In this document: one piece after another, positions 18,348 to 27,923 of the stretch
How the letters are laid out: the number at the start of each line of letters is the position of its first letter
How positions within the stretch are numbered: the first letter of the stretch is position 1
Origin: a virus
IMG/VR virus record: IMGVR_UViG_3300045988_138037
Length of the DNA stretch: 49,743 bases
Direction: 5' to 3' (one strand)
Made by a program: the position numbers and the translations under genes
Notes under the pieces: generated by a model
The model's input: the letters and a program-made list of their open reading frames with translations, nothing else
Databases searched by the model: none
Told to the model about the DNA's origin: nothing

Positions 18348-19321
18348 CCGTATTTCTGCCTTTCCTCATTAATATTTATCCAATTTTGCACATCATTACC
18401 ATTGCATAATCCTTTTGATTTGAAATCACACATTTTACACTTAAAATAATCTGGTTTAGCAGGTATTGAAAACTTACCTTGCTTGATTTGTGCAAATAGT
18501 TTTTGAACTATTTTTATTTGCTCATTTATGTCTTGTATATATTCTTTTTTACCTACTTTACAAACAAACTTATTACCGTCTATTGACTCAAATACACGCT
18601 CTTTGTACTTACCACTTTTATCAACATCACCTACGTAAACCAACCTAAAGCTCTTAGGCGTTTTTCCATATTTATTTTCTACTGCTTTTAAGTATAGAGC
18701 AGGTTGTAGGTCTGTTGTTAGCTTCTTACCACTCATTACTTTACCTGTTTTCCAATCGACTATATGAAGGTCTCCATTTTCATCTTCCTCAAGTCTATCA
18801 TAAGCTATTGTAACTTGTGGTATATCTTTACCTATTGAGAAGTTTATACGTTCCTCATATTGTATAGCTTTGTTAGTAAGTGTTGGTAGTAGGTTTATAA
18901 ACGAGTTATTACACGTTCTAGCCCTTTCCCACACTCTTTGCATATCTTCTTCTGGATAATCTTCTTCGATGTGAGACATAATCCAATCTAATTGACTTTC
19001 CATTTCTTCTATACTCACATCACCACGTTGTATATGTTCATATAAATCGTGTAAATCACTACCTAATCTAGCAAGTACATTTTGTTTAGGTTCATTACCG
19101 TCTATAACGTGTAGTTTAAAATAGTACGGACAAGATTTATAATCTTCTATTGATGAACGTCTTATCACATCTGGTATCTTTATCTTTTGTTTGTCTGCAC
19201 ATTTATCGCATTTAAACTTGTTTTTTGTGGAGCAATCCTCACATATCTCAACCCCACACTTAACGCATAGGGTCTTGTTTTCCCAAGTTAGTTCTGTTTT
19301 ACATATTTTGCAATAACTCAT
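18341..19321 (-). CDS. Cas4/RecB-family PD-(D/E)XK exonuclease with an N-terminal zinc ribbon and Fe-S-type Cys cluster
   Basis: SCPYYFKLH (first Cys), IVDWKTGK (D-x-K), QPALYLKA (QxxxY) and a C-terminal CKMCDFKSKGLC. N-terminus: CKIC...CVKCG...CEDC...CDKC. Confidence 0.7.
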   Translation of the reverse strand: MSYCKICKTELTWENKTLCVKCGVEICEDCSTKNKFKCDKCADKQKIKIPDVIRRSSIEDYKSCPYYFKLHVIDGNEPKQNVLARLGSDLHDLYEHIQRGDVSIEEMESQLDWIMSHIEEDYPEEDMQRVWERARTCNNSFINLLPTLTNKAIQYEERINFSIGKDIPQVTIAYDRLEEDENGDLHIVDWKTGKVMSGKKLTTDLQPALYLKAVENKYGKTPKSFRLVYVGDVDKSGKYKERVFESIDGNKFVCKVGKKEYIQDINEQIKIVQKLFAQIKQGKFSIPAKPDYFKCKMCDFKSKGLCNGNDVQNWININEERQKYGW

Positions 19322-19670
19322 CGAATTCCCTCTCTATCTTTACATTGTATCTATGTTTATTAGCACAATCTGTACTACAATATCTGTTTTTTCTACTAGA
19401 ATACACTTTATATGTCTCACCACAATACTCGCATATTCTTTCTTCGTATTTATGTTTTGTTCTATACTTTGTATAGCATTTTTTAGAGCAAAATCTTTTA
19501 ACTCCTTCTTTAATCAAATATGGTTTTATTTCAAATTCATCTCCACAAGTTGGGCAGTTTATTTTTACATCTTTTACTCTTCTACTTTTTCCCCAACATT
19601 CTCTGGAGCAGAATTTCTCTACTCCTTGTTTTGGTTTAAATTCTTCTCCACAATATTTACATTTACTCAT
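19299..19670 (-). CDS. Triple zinc-ribbon protein (three CxxCG-x(n)-FCSxxC repeats)
   Basis: CKYCGEEF..FCSRECW, CPTCGDEF..FCSKKCY and CEYCGETY..YCSTDCA. The ATG at 19670 has SD gggaga. Confidence 0.55.
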   Translation of the reverse strand: MSKCKYCGEEFKPKQGVEKFCSRECWGKSRRVKDVKINCPTCGDEFEIKPYLIKEGVKRFCSKKCYTKYRTKHKYEERICEYCGETYKVYSSRKNRYCSTDCANKHRYNVKIEREFDELLQNM

Positions 19671-19698
19671 TTTCAATCTCCCATTATCTTATTAATTC

Positions 19699-19863
19699 TT
19701 AAAAACTACCTAATACCAAAATACCTAATATATATGACATTATACATACCATAACTGCTAGAATTGTCATTTCAATACCTATTTTATCTACAATAAATAA
19801 GCAACCAACTCCTATTGCTAGTATAATTATCATTGTTATTAATCCAACTATAAATGTTATCAT
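19699..19863 (-). CDS. Small two-TM membrane protein (54 aa; not in the ORF track)
   Basis: MITFIVGLITMIIILAIGVGCLFIVDKIGIEMTILAVMVCIMSYILGILVLGSF. ATGA overlap with the dnaE stop. Confidence 0.4.
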   Translation of the reverse strand: MITFIVGLITMIIILAIGVGCLFIVDKIGIEMTILAVMVCIMSYILGILVLGSF

Positions 19864-22800
19864 ATTTTCATTAACTCCAAATCATTTACTATTAAGTCAT
19901 TACCACTTCTTTTACCTTTGACAAGTAATATGTTTCCTTCTTTTGCTTTATCTTTTATATCTTGGCACTCCCAAGTGTTTGCAAATATTAAACATTTTAA
20001 AGCTCCGTGTTGATTTGAACCTGTCATAAAGCACATCATCTTGCCATTTTTCTGCATATGCTCACGTATTTCTGTAACCTCTACAACTTGTATAGCAACC
20101 ATATCATCTGTATAATCAACTATACTTCTTACGTTATAGTTTTCAAGTGGATGTTTTGATAAGTACATTCCATATACATCACGTTCCCACTGCATTTTTA
20201 TTTTCTCATCATAAGGTAAGTGTTCACACTCTACTCCATTTTTAACATCTGTTTTCTTACGATTTCTCATATTGTAGACCCACATAAAATGCTCTCTATT
20301 TTCATTTTCAAAATCAAATATACCTGCTTTTATCATAGCCATTACAACATTTTTCTTTATGTACTTCTTAATACCTCTATCTAACATATCTTCAAATGAT
20401 GATATAGGTACAAGTTCTTTTTGTATATATTTAACTACATCTTCTCCTATACCTTTTAGATAGTTTATAGGTATTCTAATACCTTCTTTAGTCCCTTCAA
20501 ATCTATAACTACCTTTATTTATGTCTGGTGGTAGTATTTTTATGTTTTTCTTTTTACACTCTGCAATTAAAGACTCTACTTTAGATTGGTCTCCTATCTC
20601 AGAGTTTAGAAGTGATGCGTACCAATACACAGGATAATGACACTTTAACCACGCAGTTTTGTACGATAATACTCCATATGAAGTAGAATGTGATTTGTTG
20701 AATGAGTATCCTCCACTAACGGCATCCTCTATTTCTTGCCATATTTTCTCAATGAAATCTCTATCATATCCACGAGAAACACTATCATTAATAAACTTAT
20801 CACGTATATCTGTATCATTTTTTATATCCTTATTCTTTCTTATGTTATTATCTGCAAAAGCTATGTCCCACCCTGCAAATGTCTTGCAATCAAGTAAAAA
20901 CTGTTCTTGATATGTCATAAGACCAACAGTATCTTTCATATACCATTCTCTGTCTGGGTGTATTTCAAACTTCTTACCATTACGTCTTGCAACGTATTCA
21001 TTAAAGTCTCCAACTCCAGGTCTTATTAACGCATTTATCGCTATTAAATCCTCGAATTTCTTTGGCTTTTGTTCCATTATCATAGCACCTTGATTTGCTA
21101 GTTGGAATATTCCACTTACATCACCACTACTTATCATATCGTAAACTTCTTTATCTTCAAAATCAATCTCATCTAAATCTATGTCAATACCTTCGTTTTC
21201 CTTTATCATATCAAGAGCATACCTAACAGTAGTTAAGTTCTCAAGACCAAGCACATCCATTTTGTAGAAACCACACGCTTCTATCTCTTTCTTATCAAAT
21301 TGAACAACAGGTATAGTTCTGTTTCCTGCGTGGTCATTTTCATACGCACAAGGTGTAAGTGATGTTAAGTTATTATATACAACAAACCCTCCTGCGTGTT
21401 TAGACTCGTGAGATATAACTCCTTCTAATCTTCTTATACAAGAAGCTATAAACTCGTTATCATCCATAAACTTTTTAAATTGATTTGACTCATTGTATGC
21501 TTGTTCAACAGTTACATCAAGTCTTTTAGGTATAGAACCACTTATTATTGCTATGTCTTTTTGACTAAAATCAAAAGCACTTAACACTTTTCTTACTACG
21601 TTTTTACAAGATAATGTACCATAAGCCCTTATACGTGCTACATTATCCATACCGTGTAAATCTTGTAAATGTTTAAATACGTGTTCTTGGTCTGAAAAGT
21701 CAACATCTAGGTCTGGTACCCTTCCGTGTGCCAAGAAACGTTCAAACAGTAAATTGTGTGGAACAGGGTCAACATTAGTTATATCCATACAATAAACAAC
21801 TTTACTTCCTGCACCAGAACCTCTACCGTCTCCAACTAATACACCATTCTTTCTCGCATCAACAATATAATCAGCAACATTTATAAAATAACCAGAGTAA
21901 CCTGTCTCACTTATAACTTGAAGTTCGTTTAATATATCTCTTCTGATTTGAGCACGATTAGGATAGTCTTTAGGATATTTCTTTTCAAACCCTTCCCAAG
22001 TTTTCTCTGCTAAGTAATCATCTTCACTCATACCATTTAATTTAGGGTAGTGTGGTAAGAAGTTACCTTTTATAACGTGTGCATTACATTTGTTTGCTAT
22101 CTCGGCAGTATTTAAAATAGCCTCCATTATATATACTTTCTCATTAGCGGAATAGCCTACAAATGTTTCTATCATCTCTTCTGTTGATTTGCACCAATAA
22201 TCATTGGTTGGGAATTTAAACCTCTTTTCATTGTTCATCTTTTGACCAACTTGTAGAGCAAGTAATACTTCGTGTATTTTAGCATCCTCTTTAAGTACAT
22301 AATGTATATCGTTAGTTGCCACTAACTTTATACCTAATTCTTTTGCTATTTTTATTACTTCTTTATTCATAATCCATTGGTCTGGTATATCATTTGGTTG
22401 TATCTCTAAATAAAAATCATCACCAAACACATCTTTGTACTTCTTAGCTTCTAATTTCGCTTCTAAGGGGTTATCAAGTGTTAATTGACCAATTACACCA
22501 CCTATACACGCAGAGCTTATTACAAGTCCTTCTTTTAATTCTGATAGCATTTTAAAATTAACGTGAGGTTTACGATAGAAGTTTTCTTTAAACGCTCTAG
22601 CTTGTAACCTATATAAGTTTTGAAGTCCTATTTGGTCTTTAGCAAATACTATGATGTGATAACCTTGATCTTCTTTACACGCAGTATCGCCTTTACTCAT
22701 ATAAAACTCACATCCAAGAATAGGTTTTATACCTTCTTCTTTACATATTTTTTCAAACTCGTAATGTCCACCCATACTTCCGTGGTCTGTAATCGCTATG

Positions 22801-22922
22801 AACTCTTGTCCAAGTTCTTTAGCACGTTTTACTAACTCTTTTACTTTACTCATACCGTCAAGTGTTGAGTATTCTGTGTGCGTATGGAGGTGACCAAAAC
22901 CTCTCACTATTTTATTCTCCAT
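19860..22922 (-). CDS. dnaE: DNA polymerase III alpha subunit (DnaE-type, N-terminal PHP domain)
   Basis: GFGHLHTHTEYSTLDG and AITDHGSMGG PHP motifs; about 1020 aa. The start at 22922 follows SD aaggaggagg. The GTG at 22946 in the track lacks an SD. Confidence 0.9.
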   Translation of the reverse strand: MENKIVRGFGHLHTHTEYSTLDGMSKVKELVKRAKELGQEFIAITDHGSMGGHYEFEKICKEEGIKPILGCEFYMSKGDTACKEDQGYHIIVFAKDQIGLQNLYRLQARAFKENFYRKPHVNFKMLSELKEGLVISSACIGGVIGQLTLDNPLEAKLEAKKYKDVFGDDFYLEIQPNDIPDQWIMNKEVIKIAKELGIKLVATNDIHYVLKEDAKIHEVLLALQVGQKMNNEKRFKFPTNDYWCKSTEEMIETFVGYSANEKVYIMEAILNTAEIANKCNAHVIKGNFLPHYPKLNGMSEDDYLAEKTWEGFEKKYPKDYPNRAQIRRDILNELQVISETGYSGYFINVADYIVDARKNGVLVGDGRGSGAGSKVVYCMDITNVDPVPHNLLFERFLAHGRVPDLDVDFSDQEHVFKHLQDLHGMDNVARIRAYGTLSCKNVVRKVLSAFDFSQKDIAIISGSIPKRLDVTVEQAYNESNQFKKFMDDNEFIASCIRRLEGVISHESKHAGGFVVYNNLTSLTPCAYENDHAGNRTIPVVQFDKKEIEACGFYKMDVLGLENLTTVRYALDMIKENEGIDIDLDEIDFEDKEVYDMISSGDVSGIFQLANQGAMIMEQKPKKFEDLIAINALIRPGVGDFNEYVARRNGKKFEIHPDREWYMKDTVGLMTYQEQFLLDCKTFAGWDIAFADNNIRKNKDIKNDTDIRDKFINDSVSRGYDRDFIEKIWQEIEDAVSGGYSFNKSHSTSYGVLSYKTAWLKCHYPVYWYASLLNSEIGDQSKVESLIAECKKKNIKILPPDINKGSYRFEGTKEGIRIPINYLKGIGEDVVKYIQKELVPISSFEDMLDRGIKKYIKKNVVMAMIKAGIFDFENENREHFMWVYNMRNRKKTDVKNGVECEHLPYDEKIKMQWERDVYGMYLSKHPLENYNVRSIVDYTDDMVAIQVVEVTEIREHMQKNGKMMCFMTGSNQHGALKCLIFANTWECQDIKDKAKEGNILLVKGKRSGNDLIVNDLELMKI

Positions 22923-23079
22923 AAATTTCCTCCTCCTTATATTCACATTGATTGCACGTTACTTCTTGTTTATAACATCCATATCCGCACATATCAAAAT
23001 AATCACACTCGGCACAACATTCTCCACATTCATTTTTCCATAACTTGATTGGAAATCTTTTATATATCTTCTTATACAT
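22912..23079 (-). CDS. Small Cys-rich protein (55 aa; not in the ORF track)
   Basis: MYKKIYKRFPIKLWKNECGECCAECDYFDMCGYGCYKQEVTCNQCEYKEEEIYGE; overlaps the dnaE start. Confidence 0.35.
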   Translation of the reverse strand: MYKKIYKRFPIKLWKNECGECCAECDYFDMCGYGCYKQEVTCNQCEYKEEEIYGE

Positions 23080-23165
23080 ATTGTTACTTCATTAAATTTA
23101 TTATCGTTATACATATTATTCCTACACAAACAACGATTGCTTCACATATGTTCATAATACCACCC

Positions 23166-23402
23166 CTAATCTACATATAAACTTCCATCTGCATTATATC
23201 TAGGACATAATCCAACACCATTAGCATGACTATATTTTATGTAGTGTACTCCAGTTTTTTCATCTTTGTATACATTAAAATATCCATCTTTACCAACTCT
23301 TGAAAAAATTAAAACATCTTCTGCATTTATATTATTATTAACTCCACATCCTGCTAAAAATGATGTTGCTATTATTAATCCTGTTGATATTATTTTTTTC
23401 AT
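23166..23402 (-). CDS. Small secreted lipoprotein
   Basis: Signal peptide plus lipobox: MKKIISTGLIIATSFLAGC. Confidence 0.7.
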   Translation of the reverse strand: MKKIISTGLIIATSFLAGCGVNNNINAEDVLIFSRVGKDGYFNVYKDEKTGVHYIKYSHANGVGLCPRYNADGSLYVD

Positions 23403-23430
23403 AATACTCCTCCTAATAAAAAGAAGTAGA

Positions 23431-23703
23431 TTACTCTACTTCTTCTACTTCTTGATTATTTTGTATATTTATATTTGTTGCGAAATTTCCGTTACCGTCT
23501 GTTATTATTGATGGGAAACCACCCCATATTATGTCTAGTAAGGCTTGTTCAAGATTTATGGCTTCTTGTCCTGTGGCTATTTTTCTTGACCCTCCGTCAA
23601 CTTCTTTAACCCATAGTTCTGTTGTGTTATCTTCTTTTTTTATTCTGTTGAAACCACATATTAGTAAGTTACGTTCTTTTGATAAAAACCATATTGTATT
23701 CAT
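23431..23703 (-). CDS. Hypothetical protein
   Basis: 90-aa ORF in the operon, with an SD-like ggagg upstream. Confidence 0.5.
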   Translation of the reverse strand: MNTIWFLSKERNLLICGFNRIKKEDNTTELWVKEVDGGSRKIATGQEAINLEQALLDIIWGGFPSIITDGNGNFATNINIQNNQEVEEVE

Positions 23704-23743
23704 AAAATTCCTCCAAGTATGTTTTGTTGATTATATTATACTA

Positions 23744-24112
23744 TTATTTGGTATTTTTTTCAAGTCTTTGTATCTCTCTATCTATATACCAACGAGCTTT
23801 TTTCAAATCTTCTAACTCATCATTTTTATAAGGTGCTCTTGCTATGTATTTTATTGCATTACCTAGTGAAAAACCTAAATTCCAAGACTCTATAAAATCT
23901 ATGGCTTCTATTTCACCTACATTGTAATGATTTGGATGATTAATTGTTTCCTTGCTTGTTAATAACGCAGGTTCTATATTTATTGATAACGCAGGGTAAT
24001 AGTTACCACACGTGTCTGTGCCTTCTGTTCTCATATCAATAAACTCACTATCACGGTTTGTGCAAAAATTATTTTTGTGCCAATCACACGTATTACATAT
24101 AAAACAACTCAT
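23744..24112 (-). CDS. DUF3310-family protein with an N-terminal Cys-rich segment
   Basis: NHPNHYNVGEIEAIDFIESW...GNAIKYIARAPYKN..EDLKKARWYIDREI. The ATG at 24112 overlaps the primase stop by 1 nt. Confidence 0.6.
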   Translation of the reverse strand: MSCFICNTCDWHKNNFCTNRDSEFIDMRTEGTDTCGNYYPALSINIEPALLTSKETINHPNHYNVGEIEAIDFIESWNLGFSLGNAIKYIARAPYKNDELEDLKKARWYIDREIQRLEKNTK

Positions 24113-25098
24113 TATAATATCTTCTCCCTCTGTTCGTATAATCGTTTTAATTCTTGTATTTCGCAACTTCCTGGGTCTACACCGTCTGGCATTTTTATAA
24201 CCCATTGATTTGCTTTATAACGCATCATATCTATTGCTTTTTTCGTTGCATTAAGACCTGCTTCATCTCCGTCATAACTCCATATAACGTCTTTTCCACT
24301 TCTTAATAATATTCTGTATTGCTCTTCTGTTAAATGTGCTCCAAATGTACATACTGCGTTTTCATAACCTGCCTCAAACCAACGCCACACATCAAACATA
24401 CCCTCACATATTATTATCTCTCCATAACCCTTACAAGAGTCTATGTTGTATAATATCTGTCCTGTTTCCATTGTGTGTGGTGCGTGAAACCACTTAGGGT
24501 TATCTTTTGCACGTATTTTACGAAGTGAAACACCAATTCTTACATCATCTATAGTTATAGGTATGACAAGTCTTTCGTAGAGTGTGAATATCCCTCCACT
24601 TTTCTTCTCAACCTCGATTTCTTTTGCATATCTCAAATCAAAATGTCTTAAAGTTTCTTCATTAAAGTTTCTGAAACTCTTAACAGAACTCATTTCGGCT
24701 TTAGGTGTGTATTCCTCTATAACCTTCTTTGTTCTTCTCTTTGATTTGATGTACTTCATAAATCTTTCAACTTCTTTTAAATAGTCATTTTTGCGTTCTG
24801 CTATGATGAGGTTATCTATGTCTATTTCAAGTATTTGAGCCACTATTTTTACTGCTTGTGGAAAAGGCACATCTTCCACTTTTTCTACAAATGTAAAAAC
24901 ATCACCAACTCCACATTCAGAATTGGTATGACAAGCCCAAAGAAATTCCTCATTAACAACGAACGCAGTAGGATTATCTCCTTTATGTATAGGACAAGCA
25001 GAACGTATAAATTCTCCATAATACTGAAAATCAACTCCATAGTGATTAAGTATACGCTCTACATTCATATTTTCTTTTATAACACCTACTGCATCCAT
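24112..25098 (-). CDS. dnaG: DnaG-like DNA primase (CHC2 zinc finger plus TOPRIM)
   Basis: CPIHKGDNPTAFVV zinc finger; IIICEGMFDV and SYDGDEAG TOPRIM motifs. Confidence 0.85.
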   Translation of the reverse strand: MDAVGVIKENMNVERILNHYGVDFQYYGEFIRSACPIHKGDNPTAFVVNEEFLWACHTNSECGVGDVFTFVEKVEDVPFPQAVKIVAQILEIDIDNLIIAERKNDYLKEVERFMKYIKSKRRTKKVIEEYTPKAEMSSVKSFRNFNEETLRHFDLRYAKEIEVEKKSGGIFTLYERLVIPITIDDVRIGVSLRKIRAKDNPKWFHAPHTMETGQILYNIDSCKGYGEIIICEGMFDVWRWFEAGYENAVCTFGAHLTEEQYRILLRSGKDVIWSYDGDEAGLNATKKAIDMMRYKANQWVIKMPDGVDPGSCEIQELKRLYEQREKIL

Positions 25099-25109
25099 AT
25101 TAACCCCTC

Positions 25110-25484
25110 CTATTTTAATTCATTTTCTAATTCTTCCATCGCTAGTAACAAAGCATCTTCAAGTGTCTTACAATTATCTAACTTCTTTCTAAATTCATCT
25201 ACTTTCTTTTTATCTCCTTCTGATAAATGTTCATATAATTCATCTTTTGTCTTTTCAAATAAGTCATCTATTCTTTCATCTCTTTCCATTTCTTCATCTA
25301 TCTTTCTTCTTACTGCTTTACCTACTATTTTTGATATCTCCACAGATAATCTTCCTATCTCTTCTCTTTCCTCTTTAGTTAAATCTTTATTTATCTGTTC
25401 TTGTATAGCCATTCCAAAGTTTAAATCTATTTCGTTTCCTTTTATTTCCATTTCCATTTTTATCTTTACTATATCATTCATCAT
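25110..25484 (-). CDS. Hypothetical acidic coiled-coil protein
   Basis: SD aaaggag; 124 aa; E/K-rich. Confidence 0.5.
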   Translation of the reverse strand: MMNDIVKIKMEMEIKGNEIDLNFGMAIQEQINKDLTKEEREEIGRLSVEISKIVGKAVRRKIDEEMERDERIDDLFEKTKDELYEHLSEGDKKKVDEFRKKLDNCKTLEDALLLAMEELENELK

Positions 25485-25511
25485 TTTTATTTTCTCCTTT
25501 TCATTTTTGTT

Positions 25512-26870
25512 TTATACTTCTCTTATTGTAACAATTTGGTTGTCAAACTGCAAGTTTATTGGAGCAACATCACTTTCTCCATTACGTTGATATGCTATTT
25601 TTAACTGTCTGTTGCCAAGTAATACACTATCTCTTGCAATCTGTTCGTCTGTCTTAGCATATAAGAACATTAATTTAGTAGCAAGTTGTAATATTCTATC
25701 TGAACCTGCTACGTTACTAGCACCCTTCTCAATACCTTTCTCATCATTTCTATTCTCTTGAACTGCCGAGTAAACAGGTATTTTTAAAAGTCCTGCAATA
25801 TCTTTTAGTGTTGATGTGAAAAAACCTAATGCTTGGTACTCTTTTATTTGTTGTAGAGAACCACCTTGACTTGCTGGTACTTTTATATAATCAAAAAATA
25901 ACGCTTGTATGTTATATTTAGATTTATATTGTTTAGCAAGAGCAACAACTTTTTCTGCACTAAAGTTAGGCATATATACGTGATAGTATGGTGCGTCCTT
26001 GATTTGTTTAACTGCGTCCTTAATTTTCGCTATTTTTTCTTGGCTCGTCCCATATTCCGTATCAACTGCAAATAGTCCTGTTACTATCTCGTGAACAGGT
26101 ATGCCTGTTATCATTGAAGTAATTCTATCTTCTTGTTCTTCACTTGTCATTTCTGTATCTATATAAAGTACAGGTAAATCATCTCTTATTGCAAAATTCT
26201 TTGCCCAAGTTGAAAGAACTACTGATTTACCCATTTTTGCTCTAGCACAAACTATAATCAAATCTCCTGCTTGACCACCATTTGTAACTCTATCAAAAAC
26301 AGTCCAACCTACTTGAAGTCCTGCAACAAGTGTAGGTCTTTTTGCACGTTCTTCCAATCTTTTTTCCAAATCAGTACCCATTTTATATACTGATGTTTCG
26401 TTTATAGCACTGTTTGCTATTTCAGTTATCTTGTTTTCTATCTTTCCAACTAACTCACCAGGATTTAGTTTTTCACTTTCATCAGATAACATAAAGTTTT
26501 TCGCATTTTCACATACGTCGTATAACTCTTTTCTTGCGTATGTTTGCTTTATTTTATCGCAGAATATTTTTAAGTTACTTCTATCTATACTCATCATAGA
26601 TATATCTTCTAAGTAACCTAACCCACCAAAATTCTCGATATCTTCCTTCGCTTTCTTATCTGTTATAACTTCCATTATAGCGAGAGCAGAAGGTTTCATC
26701 CCCTTAGAATACAAATACATCATAGCCGTGAATATATGTCTGTGAGCAGGTATAGTGAAGTGTTGAGAGAACACCTCATTGTTTTCTACCTCCACTAATA
26801 AATCTGCATCATTTAAACAAAGGCTAAGCAATGAACGTTCACTTGTAGGGTTGTTGATTATGTGTACCAT
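25512..26870 (-). CDS. dnaB: Replicative DNA helicase (DnaB family)
   Basis: N-terminal SERSLLSLCL, Walker A CARAKMGKS, and RecA-like core motifs (LYIDTEM, FFDYIK). Confidence 0.85.
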   Translation of the reverse strand: MVHIINNPTSERSLLSLCLNDADLLVEVENNEVFSQHFTIPAHRHIFTAMMYLYSKGMKPSALAIMEVITDKKAKEDIENFGGLGYLEDISMMSIDRSNLKIFCDKIKQTYARKELYDVCENAKNFMLSDESEKLNPGELVGKIENKITEIANSAINETSVYKMGTDLEKRLEERAKRPTLVAGLQVGWTVFDRVTNGGQAGDLIIVCARAKMGKSVVLSTWAKNFAIRDDLPVLYIDTEMTSEEQEDRITSMITGIPVHEIVTGLFAVDTEYGTSQEKIAKIKDAVKQIKDAPYYHVYMPNFSAEKVVALAKQYKSKYNIQALFFDYIKVPASQGGSLQQIKEYQALGFFTSTLKDIAGLLKIPVYSAVQENRNDEKGIEKGASNVAGSDRILQLATKLMFLYAKTDEQIARDSVLLGNRQLKIAYQRNGESDVAPINLQFDNQIVTIREV

Positions 26871-26888
26871 TTAATCACCCCTTAACTT

Positions 26889-27281
26889 TTAGTCAAATAT
26901 ACTTGTGTCTACTTTTACCTCTCTAGGTTTCATTTTATCTCTGTTACTTACTTGTGATAATCCATAATCAGAGAATTTATTTTTATCTATCGCTTGTGTT
27001 GTTTGTATCTTTTTGTTTTTAGCCTTTAATAAAGCTAATACTTTGTTTATTTCATATACTATAAAACCAAACGAATATATACCTTTTTCTGGTGGATTAG
27101 CCACACAGTATTCTATTGTGTCTTTTATCTCATCATAAGTGTAACCTACATTTAACAAGTTTTTAGCATTTTTAACTGCAATCATTATGTCTTTATTCGT
27201 GAATTTTAGTCCAGTTTTATCATAAAATAAAAGGACAAGCTCTTTTGCACTTGTCCCTATTTTTTTACTATCTTGGCTCAT
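26889..27281 (-). CDS. Hypothetical; possibly a DnaD-like replication/helicase-loading protein
   Basis: Position directly upstream of dnaB; weak DnaD-C-like pattern YDEIKDTIEYCVAN...IYSFGFIVYEI. Confidence 0.3.
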   Translation of the reverse strand: MSQDSKKIGTSAKELVLLFYDKTGLKFTNKDIMIAVKNAKNLLNVGYTYDEIKDTIEYCVANPPEKGIYSFGFIVYEINKVLALLKAKNKKIQTTQAIDKNKFSDYGLSQVSNRDKMKPREVKVDTSIFD

Positions 27282-27284
27282 CTA

Positions 27285-27923
27285 TTATAAACCTATCTCT
27301 TCATCTTCTTCTGATGATTTGTTAGAGAATACTTCTTCTGGACTCTTACCACTCATTAATCCTAAAACTTGTTCTTGTGTAGGTTTTTTAAATATTTCAT
27401 CAAACGCTTTTAAATCTTTACATAATTCTTTTTGTTCATCAGTTAATTCTGATGGTGTACAAGGTAATAATGTATAAGTTACGTCTGTACTTCCTGCATT
27501 TTGAGTTTTTACTTTTATATTATAACTTCTTATATCTCCTATCTCTTCGTGTAGAGCATGTAATTGAGTAAAGAATGTTTTTCCTTGTTCTAATATTTCA
27601 ACATTACCTGTTTTTAAGTTTAATACGTGCATAGCAAATCTTCTGTTACTTGAATATTGAGGTTTTATTCCTGCTTGTTTTGATGCTTTTATTGCATTAC
27701 ATATTGGACATTCTGCTCCTAAACAAGATACATTTCTCTTTGCTTGTGCTATCCAATGTGCCCATCTTACAAATGGTTCTCCATCTAAAAATCTTAATTC
27801 TGTTAATCCATTTGTTAATTTAGTAAATTCAGTCTTTCCTGTGTTTGATTGAGGGTCTCTTAATACTTCATCCCACCCTCCGAACATTTGTAAATTCATA
27901 GCATTGTTTAATTCTTTCATCAC
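27285..27923 (-). CDS. gp32-like single-stranded DNA-binding protein with a zinc finger, an acidic C-tail and an L27-like N-terminal leader
   Basis: ELRFLDGEPF..H..CLGAECPICNAI..YSSNRRFAMHVL parallels T4 gp32 IRFLPS..H..C..CPVCQYI. Acidic tail SSEEDEEIGL. MNLQMFGG at aa 9-16. Confidence 0.55.
   Translation of the reverse strand: MMKELNNAMNLQMFGGWDEVLRDPQSNTGKTEFTKLTNGLTELRFLDGEPFVRWAHWIAQAKRNVSCLGAECPICNAIKASKQAGIKPQYSSNRRFAMHVLNLKTGNVEILEQGKTFFTQLHALHEEIGDIRSYNIKVKTQNAGSTDVTYTLLPCTPSELTDEQKELCKDLKAFDEIFKKPTQEQVLGLMSGKSPEEVFSNKSSEEDEEIGL

Noticed and set aside
24835-25590. 251-aa + strand ORF
   Set aside because: It is antisense to the primase, the 124-aa gene and the dnaB 3' end. Its S/F/I-rich low-complexity translation is typical of the reverse strand of AT-rich coding DNA.
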